Of a DNA stretch of 64,000 bases, positions 25,973 to 40,814 are shown piece after piece (position 1 is the stretch's first letter; each line of letters opens with the position of its first letter). The stretch is from Ginglymostoma cirratum (taxonomy: Eukaryota): NCBI GenBank assembly GCA_024137785.1, contig JAHRHZ010000140.1, forward strand, positions 20,944,783 to 21,008,782. The letters run 5' to 3'. The notes beneath the pieces were generated by a model. The model did no database searches, had not been told where the DNA came from, and saw only the letters and a list, made by a program, of their open reading frames with translations. The position numbers and the translations under genes are program-made.

Positions 25973-26865
25973 GTGAGAATGCAAACTGACTAGAACGAAA
26001 CATGTAATTTTCTGTTAATTGTGTGACTTTGGTCTTGACTGAATCATGTTCTCTGATAATAATTGTTCATGGATACACGTGAGCAATTATTTCTTAACTT
26101 GTAGGCAGTTAAAGCTCTGCCATCATAGCTGATAAATGGATTAGAATTGTGCATCTGTATTAGTAATTAGCACATTAGTGGGCTCACGTGAACAAAAGTG
26201 TGAAAGAGCTTACTTTAAATGCATTGGCACTTTAACAACATAGCAAGCCTGAGAAATGGTGTGCAAACATGTTACCGAGTTTCTTATTAATATTGCACAT
26301 TGTAGAAATGGATCACATTTCTGAGGGACTGACAAGATATCTTGTGATCCCTAGCCATGATACTGATACCACAATATGTGGCTGCAGGTTACTGGGGGCA
26401 ATAACCAGCATGAATTTATTGCATTATCTACCAGATTACCTTAACATGTGATACAAAATGTTATAGTTACTGGCAAACAATGAGCCAAGTAACAACTGAT
26501 ACAAGCTCTTAAATAGTCTGAGTGCCACTACCACACCATATTCCTGATATAAAATAAATAATTTTGGAATCCATGAACATTCTGTGGGTAAGAGAAAGTT
26601 CAGAACCTATGCAATGGTTAATAATTACTTGCCATAATATATTATCGGTTGAGAACAAACAGGAACAATTCTAAAATTGTTGAATTGCCAACAGCTGAAT
26701 GTTTGAGTATTAAAGTGAGTCACATCTGGAAGGTAATAAAGTTTGTCTGCATTAATGTCAAGTGTCTGTGAAGGATGGAGATATTTCTGCCTGTCAAAAC
26801 TGGCACAGGCCATAAGTGAGTTCAATTTCATGTTGTAAATAACATCCACAATGTGGATTAAGCAT

Positions 26866-27150
26866 TGATTCATAGAATCCCTACAGTGTGAAAGCAGGCC
26901 ATTTGGCCCATTGCTTCCAAACCGACCTTCCAAAGAGCATCCCACCCAGACCCGCTGTCCTATAACCCTGCATTTCCCGTGGCCAATCCACTAACCTGCA
27001 CATCTTTGGCAATGGGAGGAAACTGGAGCATCTGGGGGAAACCCACACAGAAATGGGGAGAATGTGCAAACTCCACATAGTCACCTGAGGGTGGAATTGA
27101 ACTTGGGTCTCTGGTGCTGAGACGCTACAATGCTAACCACTGAGCCACCT
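26866..27150 (-). mobile_element. HE1-like V-SINE
   Basis: Head ggtggctcagtggttagca, V-domain and CR1-like tail on the minus strand. Confidence 0.88.
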
Positions 27151-29048
27151 CACTGCTCAAAACAGCATCGCATGAGATCTAATACAATGCAGGGTAGATT
27201 TTAAATCGCTTCTGGACTGTAAATCTGGCTTTGCAGTTCAGGTTAAGAAAATGCTGTTGAAATAAAACAAGATAACTACAAAAATAATGGATGAGCACAG
27301 CAAGTCATTCAGTGTTTGAAAAAGAATGATAAGTTAATATTTCAGATGTGCCTTCATCGGTACAATCAATGTGGATACTATATGTGTCATAGCACAAGCA
27401 ATTTTAAAAAATACATTGGCTGCTATTGTGTTTTCAAATCCAGGATTGTGAAAAGCCAGTTGTTCAGGAAGTGACCTCTTGACTTGAATATCAACAATTG
27501 TTTTAATAGGTAATAGTTATTAAATTCTTTAGTTTACCAATATCCTGCCCAAGACCAATACTAAATTCAGAAAAGGATCAAACCAATTTATATTGCTCCA
27601 TGCATTGCCTTAACTAAGAAACAGGAACAGAGGCCTGATTGTATCACATGCTTTCATCTGAAAACAGCTAATGCAAATGGGGCTGATTGATCAAGTGTCA
27701 GAATTATTCATAAAAGATGGAGCTCCATTCGTAGGCATGAACAAAAAATGCACAAATATAGTTATACAGAGTCAGTGAACCTATTTTTGATTAAGATTTC
27801 AGTTTCATCCCAGAAAATTCTTTTTTATTTAAGAACAGTTGGAGATTTTTGGTGAAGCCACGTGATGACCATGAAATTACTTGTCCTTTGTGTAGCAGTT
27901 TAACCTGACAATAAATCTGGCTTGATGTTTCTCTTTGGTAATAAACATCAGTGACACACTGCCCTTAGCAATCCCTCAGCAACCTTTGTGTTGAAAGCTT
28001 GAGTTTGACAAGAGTTTATAAACCTAAAATGGCAAGGTGATTGACAGACAGATTAACTTGTCAGTCAAAGTGTGAGTGCTTGAATGAACCCTTTAATCCC
28101 CTCACCATAACCACGTCACCTTGTTTTGTTTTCTAGTCATTTGTTCACATTTCTTCTTCACCAGATTTCTGAAATCAAGTGATGTTTCCCCCATGCTTGT
28201 ATCTTCCACTGATTTCAATTTTAATAACCATTGTCTCATATGTGTTTTTCTGCACTTTATAAGCTCCTGTTCTTCTGTGCACATGGTTCTAAATTGCCTG
28301 TGGTAGTAAGGGAACTGTATTACACCAGGTGAACAGCCTTTGTGTGACAGGGTGTCCATAGTACTTTCCTGTTTACAGTAACTAGATACAGTATCCTGTG
28401 ATTTTAATCGAATGTTAATGGTTGAAAATAAATGATTGTCAAGGATCTAATCTCCCAAAGGCTGACATTTAGATGAATATTGAGATAACGCAAAAGACAT
28501 AATCAATGATATTAATGTGGGGTAAGCTGAATTTCCACCTTCATTTACTGCTTCAAATATAAGCTGGTGGAAATGCAAAATTTGTTCTGCCTTTCATCCG
28601 CCAATGGGCAATGAAGCTGTGCTACCAGCAAGCCCCTGGGTGACAATTTTTCTGTTCCAATTTCTCATAATATATTGTTGTTTATTCTACAGTGGCAGGC
28701 TGGTGAAAATTCTGTCACAAAATCAAATTATAACTATGTGAATAAAATATATATTTTTAAAATCTGAGAAGAGAATATTAAAATGAGCTACTTATTTAGT
28801 TGGTGGCAAACCAGGTCTCATCAACCAACATTAAATATTGAGTTTTGAATGAAACAATGTTGTCACTTCAGAAACAATTTTGAAGAAAAGGGAAGAAATT
28901 CTGATAGATAATTTTGTTTAATCGTAGTTTTAAAACTACACTATGTGTTGATTACTGTTTGTTTGATTAGACATGTATTGATGTTTGACTTGCTTTCAAT
29001 TCAAGTCCACTATTGTCAGAGATTAAATTGCACTCTTTCAACTGGCAG

Positions 29049-29147
29049 AGAAAGTACAGACAGAGAGTTGATGCGTTAAAATTCACAAGTGTGGCAGACA
29101 CTCCACAGATTATTCACGCCAAGAAAAGTCAAGATTTGCAAAGTGAT
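29049..29147 (+). CDS. NRAP: NRAP exon, SR2, 33 aa
   Basis: cag|RKYRQRVDALKFTSVADTPQIIHAKKSQDLQSD|gtgagt. Confidence 0.94.
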
Positions 29148-29429
29148 GTGAGTACTGCACTGGTGATGAGAGATCATTTATGAAAGAAACACTGTTTTCA
29201 AAGAGTGATGGGTGCCACCGTCATAAACAAAGCTGATCAAACTGGAAAAGTTTGAAAAAAAAATTGGAGTATTTACTTCTAAACATCTGATACTTTCAAA
29301 TTTTGTGGGTTCTCTTCCCTCTTCTTTTTTCGAAGCTTCAAACGTAAAATTCTTTGCAAGAGACAAGACACTTAGAAATGAATTTCTTCAAAACTGAGCC
29401 TAGTTAGTGCCAGTAGCTGTCCTTTCCAT

Positions 29430-29972
29430 CTATAGAACTAGAATATAAGGAAAATAGGAGTCATGTTTTACTTAGACAAAGCCTTGGTTAGACCACACCT
29501 GGAGTACCCACAAGCAGCCCTGGGCATAACACTTCAGAAAGTATACACTTGCCATGGAGGAGGTGTGGTTTACCAGCATAACACCCCAAGGCTTAAATTA
29601 TGAGAAGAAACTACAAAATTGTAGTATTCCATGGAATTTGGGGGTTAAGTGGGGATTTGATTGACTTCTTCAAAATATTAAGGGGCTTTGGGAATCTAGA
29701 ATTAGGAGGCATAGCCTAAATGATAACATCAGACTTTTTGGGAATGAAGTAAGGAAGCATTTGTGCAGTCTAAGGGTGATAGAAGTTTGGAACTCCCTTC
29801 TGCAAGTGGCAATTGATGCTAGATCAATTATTATTTTTCAATCTGAGATTAATAGAGTTTTGTGAACTATAAGCATTAAAGCATGCAGATCCAAAGCTGG
29901 TTTATGAAACCAGGTGAAAGATCAGCTGTGATCTCGTGAAGTGGCAAAAAGTCTGAATCACCTGTTCCTGTA
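29430..29972 (+). mobile_element. Old CR1 3' fragment
   Basis: gccttggttagaccacacctggagta (LVRPHLEY motif). Confidence 0.75.
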
Positions 29973-30787
29973 AATATATGATAAAATATCACAATTCAGT
30001 GCTGAATGTCATCGAAGAAGAATATGTAATTAAGAAACATATTACTGCAGATCTGTTGTATTTTATGTACTCATAATCTTTGCTCAATTATAAGAGAAAT
30101 TATTCATCACTGACACAAAGGAAAGGAAGCTACATACTGGAATCACTATATAAGTACATCTCGCTGCTAAAGGTGATTGTATCTGTTAAGTTGTTATATA
30201 TTATGGTTTGTTCTGCTCTCAGTGGGTGCTATGTTACTTTAGATATCAATATTCCAGGATCTTATGATGATTTGGAAACTTTAATCTTTTAAAAAAAAAG
30301 CATCTAGAAGCTACTAACTTAATTCTGCAAACTTTTGCCTTTCGAAATGTAAAGTTAAAAATCCTAGAGTCTATTCATATACTACGTAATAACTTTGAAT
30401 GATCTTTGAAGCATTTTTAATTTACTTAGTCATAATAGAGCTGTGAAGCTCTACCACACAAAGAAACAATTAAATATGATAAATGATAAAATCTGCTTTC
30501 TTTATAAACTGTTAATTTAAAAGTAGTTTTCACTCATTTGATTTTGCAGCTGCTATAACTTTGGAAGAATCAATATTGAAATACTATTGAAATCTTTTCA
30601 TGTTTCACAGTCTTGCATTGGGTTACTGCCATGGTTTGGATAATTACCCCTGTTGGTATTGAGAAATGTATTGTTAAAATCAAAAACTTATAAGTCCAAC
30701 ATCTTATCCAATATAAGAATTCATATGTAATAATTTAAAAAATTTCTTTGAGTCAAAAATTTTTCCTTGTTCTTCCACTTTGTGCAG

Positions 30788-30892
30788 ATAATATATAAGG
30801 CAACAGGTGAACAGAGTCTTCATCAGTACAACATCAGCAAAGATGAACCATTGTTCAGACAAGCCAAGGAAAATGCTAAGTATCTAAGTGAT
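30788..30892 (+). CDS. NRAP: NRAP exon, SR2, 35 aa
   Basis: cag|IIYKATGEQSLHQYNISKDEPLFRQAKENAKYLSD|gtaagt. Confidence 0.94.
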
Positions 30893-33214
30893 GTAAGTAA
30901 ACCATTTAATTAAACGTTGAGATTGTGGGGCAACGGTTCAGCTTTTGTAACATGTTATGTTAGTTGGGTACAATAGTTGACCTTTCTGCAAGGGAGGAAG
31001 CAAAGAAGTGACATTCAGTACCTCCTAAAAAACTGTGTTACTTTTGTTACTTGTTACTTGTTCTTGGGATATGAATGAATCTATCAAGGGCCCATATTGC
31101 CTCAATTCTTAGTTCTTCTTAGAAGGCAATACTATTGCAATACAGTGGCTTTGCTAAATTATTTTTGAAACCAATAAGAATCATTCACATGGTGTAGCTC
31201 TGGCTGAAATCAATAATAAGTATAACAGGTTCCCTTATCAACTTGTTAATCAGTTTAATATTTAAAATAATCGGGTACTAGTCCGCATCTAACCATGGTT
31301 GGATTTCAACTCTGATTTCTGCATTCCTACTTTTGGACTATAACCTGTTGTTCATGACTTAAAAAGAATTATGTGGTACAGCAGCATATCTTAAATTACC
31401 ATGAATATCTATCAGTCTGTAATTTGAAGTATCAAAGTATGCTTGAGGCAAAAAATGTATAAAGAAAAGCAGAGAAAACAATGACGAGAATATCTCTGTG
31501 AAGAGCTAGAATGAGGGGAAGACAAAGAGAAATATAAAGACAGGGAGATAAAAAATAATTTTGAGTAGGGAGACTGGCACATGGATGCATACAGAAGGAA
31601 TTTCTTTTAAATTGGCATTTCTTGGGCAACATCATGGAAGGTTAATAGGTCAAACTTTAAGAACCATATAAACTAAAATCATATCAAAATGTAAAAGTTT
31701 ATTTAGTGCATAAACCTTGTAAGACGGGTAACCTTAGACAAATAAATAAGTTTGGACACAGATGGATATGTCGCACAGGAAGATTGGAGAATTTGTCAAG
31801 GTGAGTTGCAACTCGTTACAAAGGTGAATAAAACAAAGTCCAAGAGCTGGATTTCCATCATACAGGTAGAAATTGAAAATCAGAAATTTTCCTGATATTC
31901 AGATCCTGAGTTTCCTGGAGGATGCCATCAGTAGACAGCAAGCCTGAGGTGGAGCCAGAGTCAGGTCGACGCAAAAGCAGCTGTGAAAGGAACTGTGCAC
32001 CTTTTGACCCCAAAAGTATTGGCCCTGTTTTTCAGATCAGTGTAAAGCCTCCTCACCTTCATCTATTTAAAACCCATACCACTTCACTCGATTCATCTTT
32101 CATCCCATCATATCCCTCCCTCCCTTCACCCCTCTCAAACCCCTGCCAATCCCACCTACCTAAAATCCAATGTTAAATTTTGGAGCTAGATTTAGCGAAC
32201 TCCTGCTGGGCATGGTTTTGGCAGAGGGCATGTAAAACGTTTGCTGGGTGCCTGGCTTATCCCCTCCCATGCACTTCTAACCTGTTCCCCAGAATAAAGG
32301 GAGTGGGTAAGTGCCCGTTAGGCTGCACTCCCTTTGGCCTTTTGAAGCCCTTAACTGCCCAATTAAATAGCAACAGAGGGCTTCAGTTATACTCCACTGC
32401 CTTTAAATTTCAGGTCAGTGGCCGAAAGGACAGAGTACAAAGATGGTGTGTTTTTGAAATAGCTTTTGCGTAGTACCCGAATGGTGGAGGTCAGGTGGCA
32501 GCACTCAGAGGGTGCTGTATCAGGCATTCCCCACATACCCCCAATCCTCCATGTTAGCCCTGCTAAACCCAGTCTTTCACCAATCCTCCCCCCCTCCCTA
32601 TGCTTCCCAAGAGTCCTGAGGTTGCCTTGCAGTTCCAGTAGTGCCCCCTGTTGAGTTCTGATGCTGCTAAGATGCTAAGGCTGTCAACCAGTTAGATTGG
32701 CTGGCAACTCTTGAGAGTGGGCCTACTTATCTGCTGATCCAATCGTCAGCCGATGCAGCCCACCTGGAATGGATTAGCATGCGGGGGGCAGGCTTTTTAA
32801 ATGTTAGCACAAACTGGCCTTCCAGCGAATTGTAGCCGTTCGGACACACATTGGCATAAGCCGGTCTGAAGAGTGAATTCTGAAAGGGATCCGCTGCTGA
32901 TTCACAGTTACTCCATCTGCAGAGCTGTGAAAACCCAGGAGCAATGGAGTAACCACGGCTCTACAGCAGCTGGTGTAATGGGGCATTGAGAAACTTCCCA
33001 TTGAAATTTCCCCCTCCCTCCGACTTTAAGTTGAGATGCAGGTCAGAGCCTCTTCTGTAAAATTCACTCATGAGATCTAGGTGTCACTGGCTGGGCCAGC
33101 ATTTATTGCCCGACCTTTAAACCCCTGATCATTTTGTTTCCGTTGGTGAATGATTTGAACTTTAATAAAATAACTTCTGCTCAAAACGTCTTTTATAATT
33201 TGTGTTTTATCAAG

Positions 33215-33322
33215 AAAATCTACAAAAGCGATTGGGAGGCTCAAAAAGAAAAGAACTTCGAATTACGGCTGGACACTATTGCAATTTTGGAAGCAAAGGC
33301 AAAACGAGATCTTGCAAGTGAT
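33215..33322 (+). CDS. NRAP: NRAP exon, SR2, 36 aa
   Basis: aag|KIYKSDWEAQKEKNFELRLDTIAILEAKAKRDLASD|gtaagt. Confidence 0.92.
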
Positions 33323-33399
33323 GTAAGTTGTATACTGTGATGCAACATCAAAATGGAAAGATGATGAGGATAACTGGAAAAACATTAACAAATTGTGCC

Positions 33400-33488
33400 G
33401 TAGAGATAACAAGGTGTAGAGCTGGATGAACACAGCAGGCCAAGCAGCATCAGAGGAGCAGGAAAGCAGACGTTTTGGGCCTAGACCC
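33400..33488 (-). mobile_element. Penelope-like short insertion truncated within hammerhead stem II
   Basis: Perfect 12-bp TSD acaaattgtgcc (33388-33399 / 33489-33500); close match to the reverse complement of 58958-59044. Confidence 0.85.
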
Positions 33489-34383
33489 ACAAATTGTGCC
33501 ATGTAGTTTTCAATTTCTATTTCTTAAAAATTTCAATTGGCATTACAATATCATCAGTAAAAGTGAATTGTTTAACATTCAGATTTGAGCGCACCAATTA
33601 GAAAAATAATGTGATCAATGTTGAATATTCCACAATGTATCTCAATAATATGATTGATTTTATTTTAATGTAAATGGCTAAGGTTTCACAGTTTTGTAGA
33701 ACTTTTGAATAAGAGTCAACCTGGCCAAAATTCTATTTAAAAAGTGTTTTGATTATATGATTGTATCATGTTAAAACCAAGTGTTGCATAAGAATTTGAC
33801 AAGAACAAAGGAAATGGGAAGATTAAAATCTGCATGCTTAAAATGTTTAACAAAGGGTGAAAAATTCTAGAAATACACTTGATCATTCAGCATGTGAAAG
33901 CCACTTTTAGGTTTAATTTGGGATGGGTGAACAGAACTCTGAACTGATTGGAGATTTGATTAATAAGTATCAAGTGAAACATGGATCTAGTGCTCCTTTT
34001 AAGATTAGGAAGATTGTACTTTCGGCTGACAGTAGGTGAAGACCAATAATCAAAAATGGGGAGGATTTTTATGAAGTTATTTATGCTTGAGAGAAGCTCT
34101 TCATCCCAAGTGATAGCCTTGTCACATTGCTTCACAGCACAGATAGTGTCATCTTTATGCCTGGAAAGAAGGACTTAGCTGTCAGTTGATGAACAACAGT
34201 AAAGAGTTCTCTAAAACTAGAGAATAAGTTCACACTTGCTTGGATAGATATTTTCTCTGATTTCATTACAATTGCTTTGCAAGTTTTCAGGCTTACGGTA
34301 TCTTTTCTCTTTTTAAGCAGTGTTAGACGAATAGCAAAGTTGCATAATTTGCCCATTAATCTCTCTATAAAATTTCTTAACAG

Positions 34384-34695
34384 GTCAAGTACAAGGAGAT
34401 GCATGAAAGGATAAAGGGCAAATTGATTGGGGTGAAGGATGTAATGGGTGACTCTCAGATGGCTCACTCTATCCAAGCTTCCAAGTTGCAGAGTGACCTT
34501 GAATACAAAAAGAAATCTGAAGCAACGAAAGCAAACATCCATCTTACAATGGATATGCTGGAATTGGTGCGTGCGAAACAAGCTCAGAGCCTGGCCACTG
34601 ACAGGGACTACAAGAAGAGATTCCATCAGTACACTGTCCTACCTGGAGATATGAAAATTGAATGGGCTAAGAAAGCATACGCTCTGCAAAGTAAT
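34384..34695 (+). CDS. NRAP: NRAP exon, SR2, 104 aa (three modules)
   Basis: cag|VKYKEMHERIKGKLIGVKDVMGDSQMAHS...EWAKKAYALQSN|gtaagc; 312 nt. Confidence 0.94.
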
Positions 34696-36033
34696 GTAAG
34701 CTTCGTGTTTGAGTCCAACAGTTGTCCTGTTTGATTACAGTAATACATTTCTATATAGTGTAAATAAGTTTCATTTAAATTCTATCTTGTTTTTGACTTC
34801 ACAGAATATTGTTGCGTTACAATGACATATTCAGCATGAAGCTCACTATATTAGATTTGATTTGCATCATATTTGAATAACATATTCTTGACATATTTGA
34901 ATCGCATTGAGCTAGTTACTAACTAGATATCTGTATAACAGATCTGATAGAAAATAGGAACAAAAACATCCAGAGCTGTAGTTCTACATGTGGAGGATCA
35001 GCAAGATGGGACACAGCAAAAGCCCACTCATTTACATTTCTGATGTATGCACGTTATTCCTGTGAGCAATACTCCCCATGCTCTGATTTCTCCAAAGAGC
35101 AGTCAAACCTCCTGTTTATGGGCCAATTATATGTAACCTTTTTTTTGGCTCAGCTTACCACATACACCAAACTCTGAAGCCTCATAAATGTTGACAGTAT
35201 TGAGATTACCCTGATAAAACATGGATTCAATTAAATAAGATTATAGGCTTTCAGTTTATTTAGAGTTTTCAGTTTTATTCCATTTTAAAGTCATCCAAAC
35301 TGGAAGCTGTAAGCCAGATAAAAGTCTGTTTTCTGCCTTGCAACATACTCTTGTCATCACATTATACAAATTCTGCCAGAGTATTAAAGCCAACTAATTC
35401 AGGAGTGCAGCTGGTGATGAAGTGCTGCTTATTATTTATACAGCGAGTTTTCTTAAAGTCTTTGCTTCAAGTCATGCCCATGACTCATTAAGTGTAGTCA
35501 TGCATCATTGAAGGCTGGAAAATAGTTACTTCATAAAGTTAAAGTAAATAGATAGAGCCAAGGTCTGCTGCCTTCTAATGCTGCATGTTCTGATAGTTGC
35601 CTGCTAATTCAATATTTGGTGCTATCTTGTTTCGAAAAGTACTATCATGTTTTGGAAGGCTAAATCTGAACATGAATCCTGGCCACAAGTACTAATAGGA
35701 GGGGGTGGGCCTGTTCTTGGGTATGCGAGAGATGTTATCCTTTTTGGCAATAATTTTAGCAAAAAAAATGGGCATATGCAGAAAACAGGAAATCTGATTT
35801 TGTACTCATGCCGATCATTTTGTTAAAGGTATCCTGACCTGGAGAAATGACAACTAATAGGTCTTCCAGTCTGAACTGACAGAAGAACATAAAAACGTGC
35901 AGGACATCCTCTGAGTCATTCTTCCAATCTTGGCAGCAGTATTTGTACCCCCAGAATAGTTGCTGCATTTATATTGGGTTTTGCAATCCTGTCAGAGAAT
36001 ATTAATATGCTTTTACTTTCCAAAATTTATCAG

Positions 36034-36138
36034 AACCAGTACAAGTCTGACTTGAATTGGATGCGTGGTGTGGGATGGATAACCAGTGGTTCTTTACATG
36101 CTGAACAGGCGAAGAAAGCAGGAGAACTGTTCAGTGAC
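36034..36138 (+). CDS. NRAP: NRAP exon, SR2, 35 aa, WMRGVGW motif
   Basis: cag|NQYKSDLNWMRGVGWITSGSLHAEQAKKAGELFSD|gtaagt. Confidence 0.94.
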
Positions 36139-37609
36139 GTAAGTGTAATGAATGCCTGTTGCCCCCATCAATTAGTAAACAGCCGTAGAGATTGTGGCTT
36201 GGAATTTGAGATCAGTTTGTTGCTGATCTTGAAGAAAGTTGCCTGCAAAGATCTTGCCATCTCCCTGATGTGGGTTTCACTTACCCCGACATTAATTTCC
36301 TGGCCCCAATGATAGGAGATCATTGATAGCCAGCAATCGTGACATTAATAAGCAACCCAGCAGTCAATCACATTAAAAGAATTCTGACAGTTCGAAACCA
36401 GAAGTTAAAAAAGCACAATTATTATCCACTTTTTAATTGTTTCTGAAAGAATTAAATGAATATTGGGACATGCAGATCAAAGCTGAAACGTAAAGTCTTT
36501 TAAAGAAACCCTAATTTAATAATCTATGTTCTATTTTCACAATGGAGAAGTATATTTGAAGGATAACAAAATCTAAGATTTTCTGGGCCAGTGAGGGAGA
36601 ATTCCTTCATCAAGGATTAGCGCAGCCTTAAAAGATAATTGCATACATTTATTTTATTCAATAAGGCAGGACTTTCTCAAGTTTTTGCAATGGAACTGAT
36701 AGTGTAAAGAGTAGAAGATCACATCAATTCTAGTGACTTCTGAGATTTTCAACTGCGACAGTGTGGGCAGTGCATCTTGTTGTGAAGCAGGAAATCACTG
36801 ATTGCAACTTTGGCTTTTCCACGTGTAACTACGTGTGTGCAGATGCCAGAGTTGTTTGAATTTTATGTAGTAAGGTTGAGAGTTTGTTGTTATTACCGTT
36901 GGAAATTCGAAGGTATTATGATTCCGCTTCCCATCCATGCTGCTTGCACAAGTTGTGGTAAATTAGCACATTGTATGAAATCTTACCCAAAGTAGCCACA
37001 AGACCAACTTGGTGTAGGAGATGGCAGAAATTGTACTTTATGCATTAATGATGCTTTTCCTAATTGGAAACTAGGCGGCTAAAATAAAAATTTAATCCAT
37101 TGCCTAGCACTGACCTCATTAAAACTAAAAATTCATTATTCCTTTTTGCCAGCCTAGCTTGACTCTGAAATGTTGTGGTTTCAAGCTCCTCTTCAGGGCT
37201 GTTGAGATGGTGCTGCATGGTTAAAAATGGTGTTCTTTGAACAAAATATGACACAGATGCCACATATACTTATTATTATGATAAAGGCTACCATTAAAGG
37301 CACTATGGCACTTCCAAGGCATGTGATGTCCTAAGTACTTTCTATGGCTTTTCCAACCCAACGATATATTTGAAGGCACTCTACAGAGAATGACACTTAT
37401 TTGTCCACTTAAAACAGGAAACAAAACATGAAAGTAAACTTATTGTATGACACATAATTTGAGACATTATAAATTAATTAGGTAGGTAAATGAATGCAAA
37501 TTGTTTTCTTATACATCAACAATATTTATCCTTGTAAAACCTCAGTTTAGTGGTTCCAGTTTGCATGTCACATATTCTCACATTTGCAATGTGATAATGC
37601 CCGAATAAT

Positions 37610-37872
37610 CTATTTTAATGATGTCATTTTGAGGGATAACTGTTGATCAGTGCACTAAGGGATAATTCACTACTTCTTTGAAATAGCATGGGATGTTCTA
37701 TGTATATTTGAGCAGACAGATAGGGCTTTGGTTTGCTATTGCCATATGAAAGATAGCAAGTTCAGCAGTGCAACATTGCCTCAGCATCAGGCTGGTGTAC
37801 CAACCCTGGGGGAATCGTGAACCCAGAAGGTAGTTCGGGAGAGAAAGTGCAATCAACTGAGCCACAGCTGAT
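37610..37872 (-). mobile_element. Degenerate Deu-SINE
   Basis: Reverse-complement Deu core (cttctttgaaatagcatgggat) and head actgagccacagctga. Confidence 0.6.
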
Positions 37873-37995
37873 ACTAAAATACAGAAAACTGTTTTCAGAA
37901 ACCTGTTGACTAGCAATGTCTGCTCAATAATGACTTTTATGTCAACCAATGTTTAGAGACACATTAATTCTCAATTTTAAATTTGTACTTAACAG

Positions 37996-38094
37996 AAGAA
38001 GTATCGTCAGCATCCATATTCCCTGAAATTTACAAGTGTTACTGACTCTCCTCAAATGATACAAGCCAAGATCAGTTATAACCAGGCTGTGGAT
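37996..38094 (+). CDS. NRAP: NRAP exon, SR3, 33 aa
   Basis: cag|KKYRQHPYSLKFTSVTDSPQMIQAKISYNQAVD|gtaagt. Confidence 0.93.
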
Positions 38095-38214
38095 GTAAGT
38101 CTCGTAATATTATTAATCTATCATCAACTTGTAACTGTAAATTTTTCTTTTCTCAAACATTCAGCTGTAAAAACATGAGTGTGGTGTCTAATGGTACTTC
38201 TACCTGCACAAGGA

Positions 38215-38760
38215 ACTTGTACAGAACATAAGGACATTGGAACAAGAGTAGGCAATTTAACATTTAGTATCCATCCTGTTATTTGGCGACCTAGATCCTT
38301 AGACTCCCCTTTTTCCCCATATTTCTTGTTACCTTTGGTTAACAAAAAATTTACTGATCTTAAAATGAGATAATTGGCCTGGCATGAATTGCTGTTTGTG
38401 GGAGACAGCTCCAGACTTTCATCGAAATAAAATGGCTCCCAACTTCACTCTAAAACAGATGTAGCTCTTCCCTTGTCCTCAAACCCCCAACCAGCTCCAA
38501 AAGTTATTACTTTGTATTTTCTCCCATTGTATTTTGAAAACTTCAATCAAATTGCCCCTTAACCCTCTATATTTGAGGGAATACAACCTTACCAAATCTT
38601 TCTTCATAATTTAACCCTTAGAATCCAAGTATAATTTTGGTAAGTCTGTGCTGCACTCTGTCCAAGGCTGGTATATTCTTCTCAAGATGTGTTTTGTGGA
38701 GTTGCTCGTGGGGCTCCAGGTTGATCTTACCTGGACTTTATATAGCTGTAGCACACCTTC
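38215..38760 (-). mobile_element. Old CR1 3' fragment
   Basis: Reverse-complement CR1 tail gaacataagg...gagtaggc; similar to 59340-59965. Confidence 0.65.
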
Positions 38761-40814
38761 AGAAATGATTCAATGATCTTATTGTATTCTATAGGTAGCG
38801 TACAACTTTATCCATATACTTATGTAAAATTTCTGTCATAGCTGACTCCCAGGGAATTACCCAGGAAGTTGAAGATTCCACTGGGCAATTCCTGTATGTT
38901 TGGAACTCTCCAAAAATGTCGATTTGAATTGGGGAATTTGGAGGGTTCCACTGCAGTGAAGTAAATAGTTGCTGAGGAAACAGAAGCCAAATTAAATACC
39001 TAATCTAAATCCCAAGTGACTGCTAAATTGAACTCCCTACTTGCCACATGTACCCCCAACTATACCTCCCCAGACCCTTACATCCAAGACCCTCACTTGC
39101 CACCTCCACCCCCTGGATACATTGAAATACTCCACCGCCAGACCTGAACCTGGCCACCCGGCTCCCCCTCCCATTTATTGCTGGGACTCACCAATCTCCC
39201 TGTACCTCTTGGGTCTAACACTTCTTTCTTCTTGTGCCCATGGAACCTGACATCTCCCATCTCTTTTCCCCCTCCCCCCTACCACCCTCGAGATCTGACA
39301 TCTCCCTTGCCTCCCCTCAGAAGCTGGTAAACCACTCCATCCCCCTAGCCCCTAGCTGCAAGGTCTGATATGCCAACTACCCCCAGGATTTGACACCTGG
39401 GCATCTGACACCTCCCTTTGTCCCATGGGACTTGACGATTGTTACTGACAGATCAAATGCATCTCCTGCTGTTGGGACTTTAGACACTCACACTGCCAAC
39501 CCCCCACCCCCACTGGACCTGAATCCCTTTGTACCTGGTATTCTACCCACCTAGCACCCTATCTCCTATGCATTGGCACATTTCCCTTGCAGCATCCTAA
39601 CCACACAAGTACCTTAGGAACTTAACCTTCCACTTGAGAGGTCTGAGTAGCAATTGGTAATGCTGGACATTTAAGTCACGGAATACAGAAAACCGTCTGC
39701 TGTGACAAAGGAGGCATGGTTTTCTGCCCCTGACTATGTTCTGCTCCATGAGGTACCTCTCTGAATGGGAGTACGGCTCCACGTTTCTGCGGGAACCTGA
39801 TCGGAACCTCCTGTCAGAAATTCGGAACTCTTTCGCTATGTTTAAACAAAAAATGGGATGGAGTGGCAATCGGCCTGTGATTGCCTGTCCTTGGAAAATC
39901 AGGCTCAGGTAAGATTGGTGGATACATTGGCCTTATGTCAATTGTGGCAGCCCAAATGTGTTAGCCTCTACGTATATTTTTCTGACAGGACAGTAGTCAA
40001 AGGAATCGCAATGTTGCTGGCCCAGTATGCGTTCCTGTGATTGCAGCAGGGTCACTTCACATATGGAAAATAGAGACTGGAGGCTTCTCTTTCCATCATT
40101 ATTATAGTTGCCTATGTATTCTGTAGATTGTGATTGTGAAAATCAAATGTTTTTGAAATGATTTGTTGATTACACAATAACATTCCCTAAACTGCTCACG
40201 TGCTTTTGTATTAGTGTTATGGTATGGTTGTATAAATTATTGAAGCTGTTCTATTGAAATGACACATCTCGTGTTAACTGACCCGATTTAATGGGAGGAA
40301 CCCTGGTAGCAGCTTCTAAATTGCGTACAGTCAACTGCAAAGTGTATGACCCATGTTGTATTTAAAAATTTACAATGAGTGTTAATTAAAAATTAAAATT
40401 ATGCTTCATTTATAAATGTGGAATTTACTGTAAACAGTGTTATTGCACAAATGTTGAATGCGCTCGTGTTGAATTCCTCATTCTGCTAATTTATTGGAGG
40501 TGTTAAACTGTTAATTTGAAATGGGTTAAAATTTTCCCCAAAATAGTGCAGAAATTAAACTAGTACAAATATTTTAAGCTTTCATTATTCATAATCAATT
40601 TCCAGGCTTGTGGCAACCTGCGCTTGAGTTGTTGGCAAGCAGGAAAAGGCATAATATGTTACTTATTTACTAACCTGACAGTGGGATGTGCACAATAGCA
40701 ATATTATCTGCATATTTCTCTCACAAGATCTCATACTGCTCCCACCCACCACCAATGTGAGGTGGTTTTGCCCTAGATACATATTAAAATAAAGCTTATT
40801 CTTTCATTTGACAG

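Noticed and set aside
34132-34626. 164-aa minus-strand ORF (also 49137-49601 and 58204-58452)
   Set aside because: Antisense shadows of NRAP exons with no recognisable domain.
39040-39600. C-rich tract with recurring ctgaca/tctccc units as a functional array
   Set aside because: Irregular units inside a dispersed repeat; similar C- or G-rich tracts occur at 5140-5780 and 43300-43900, with no evidence of function.
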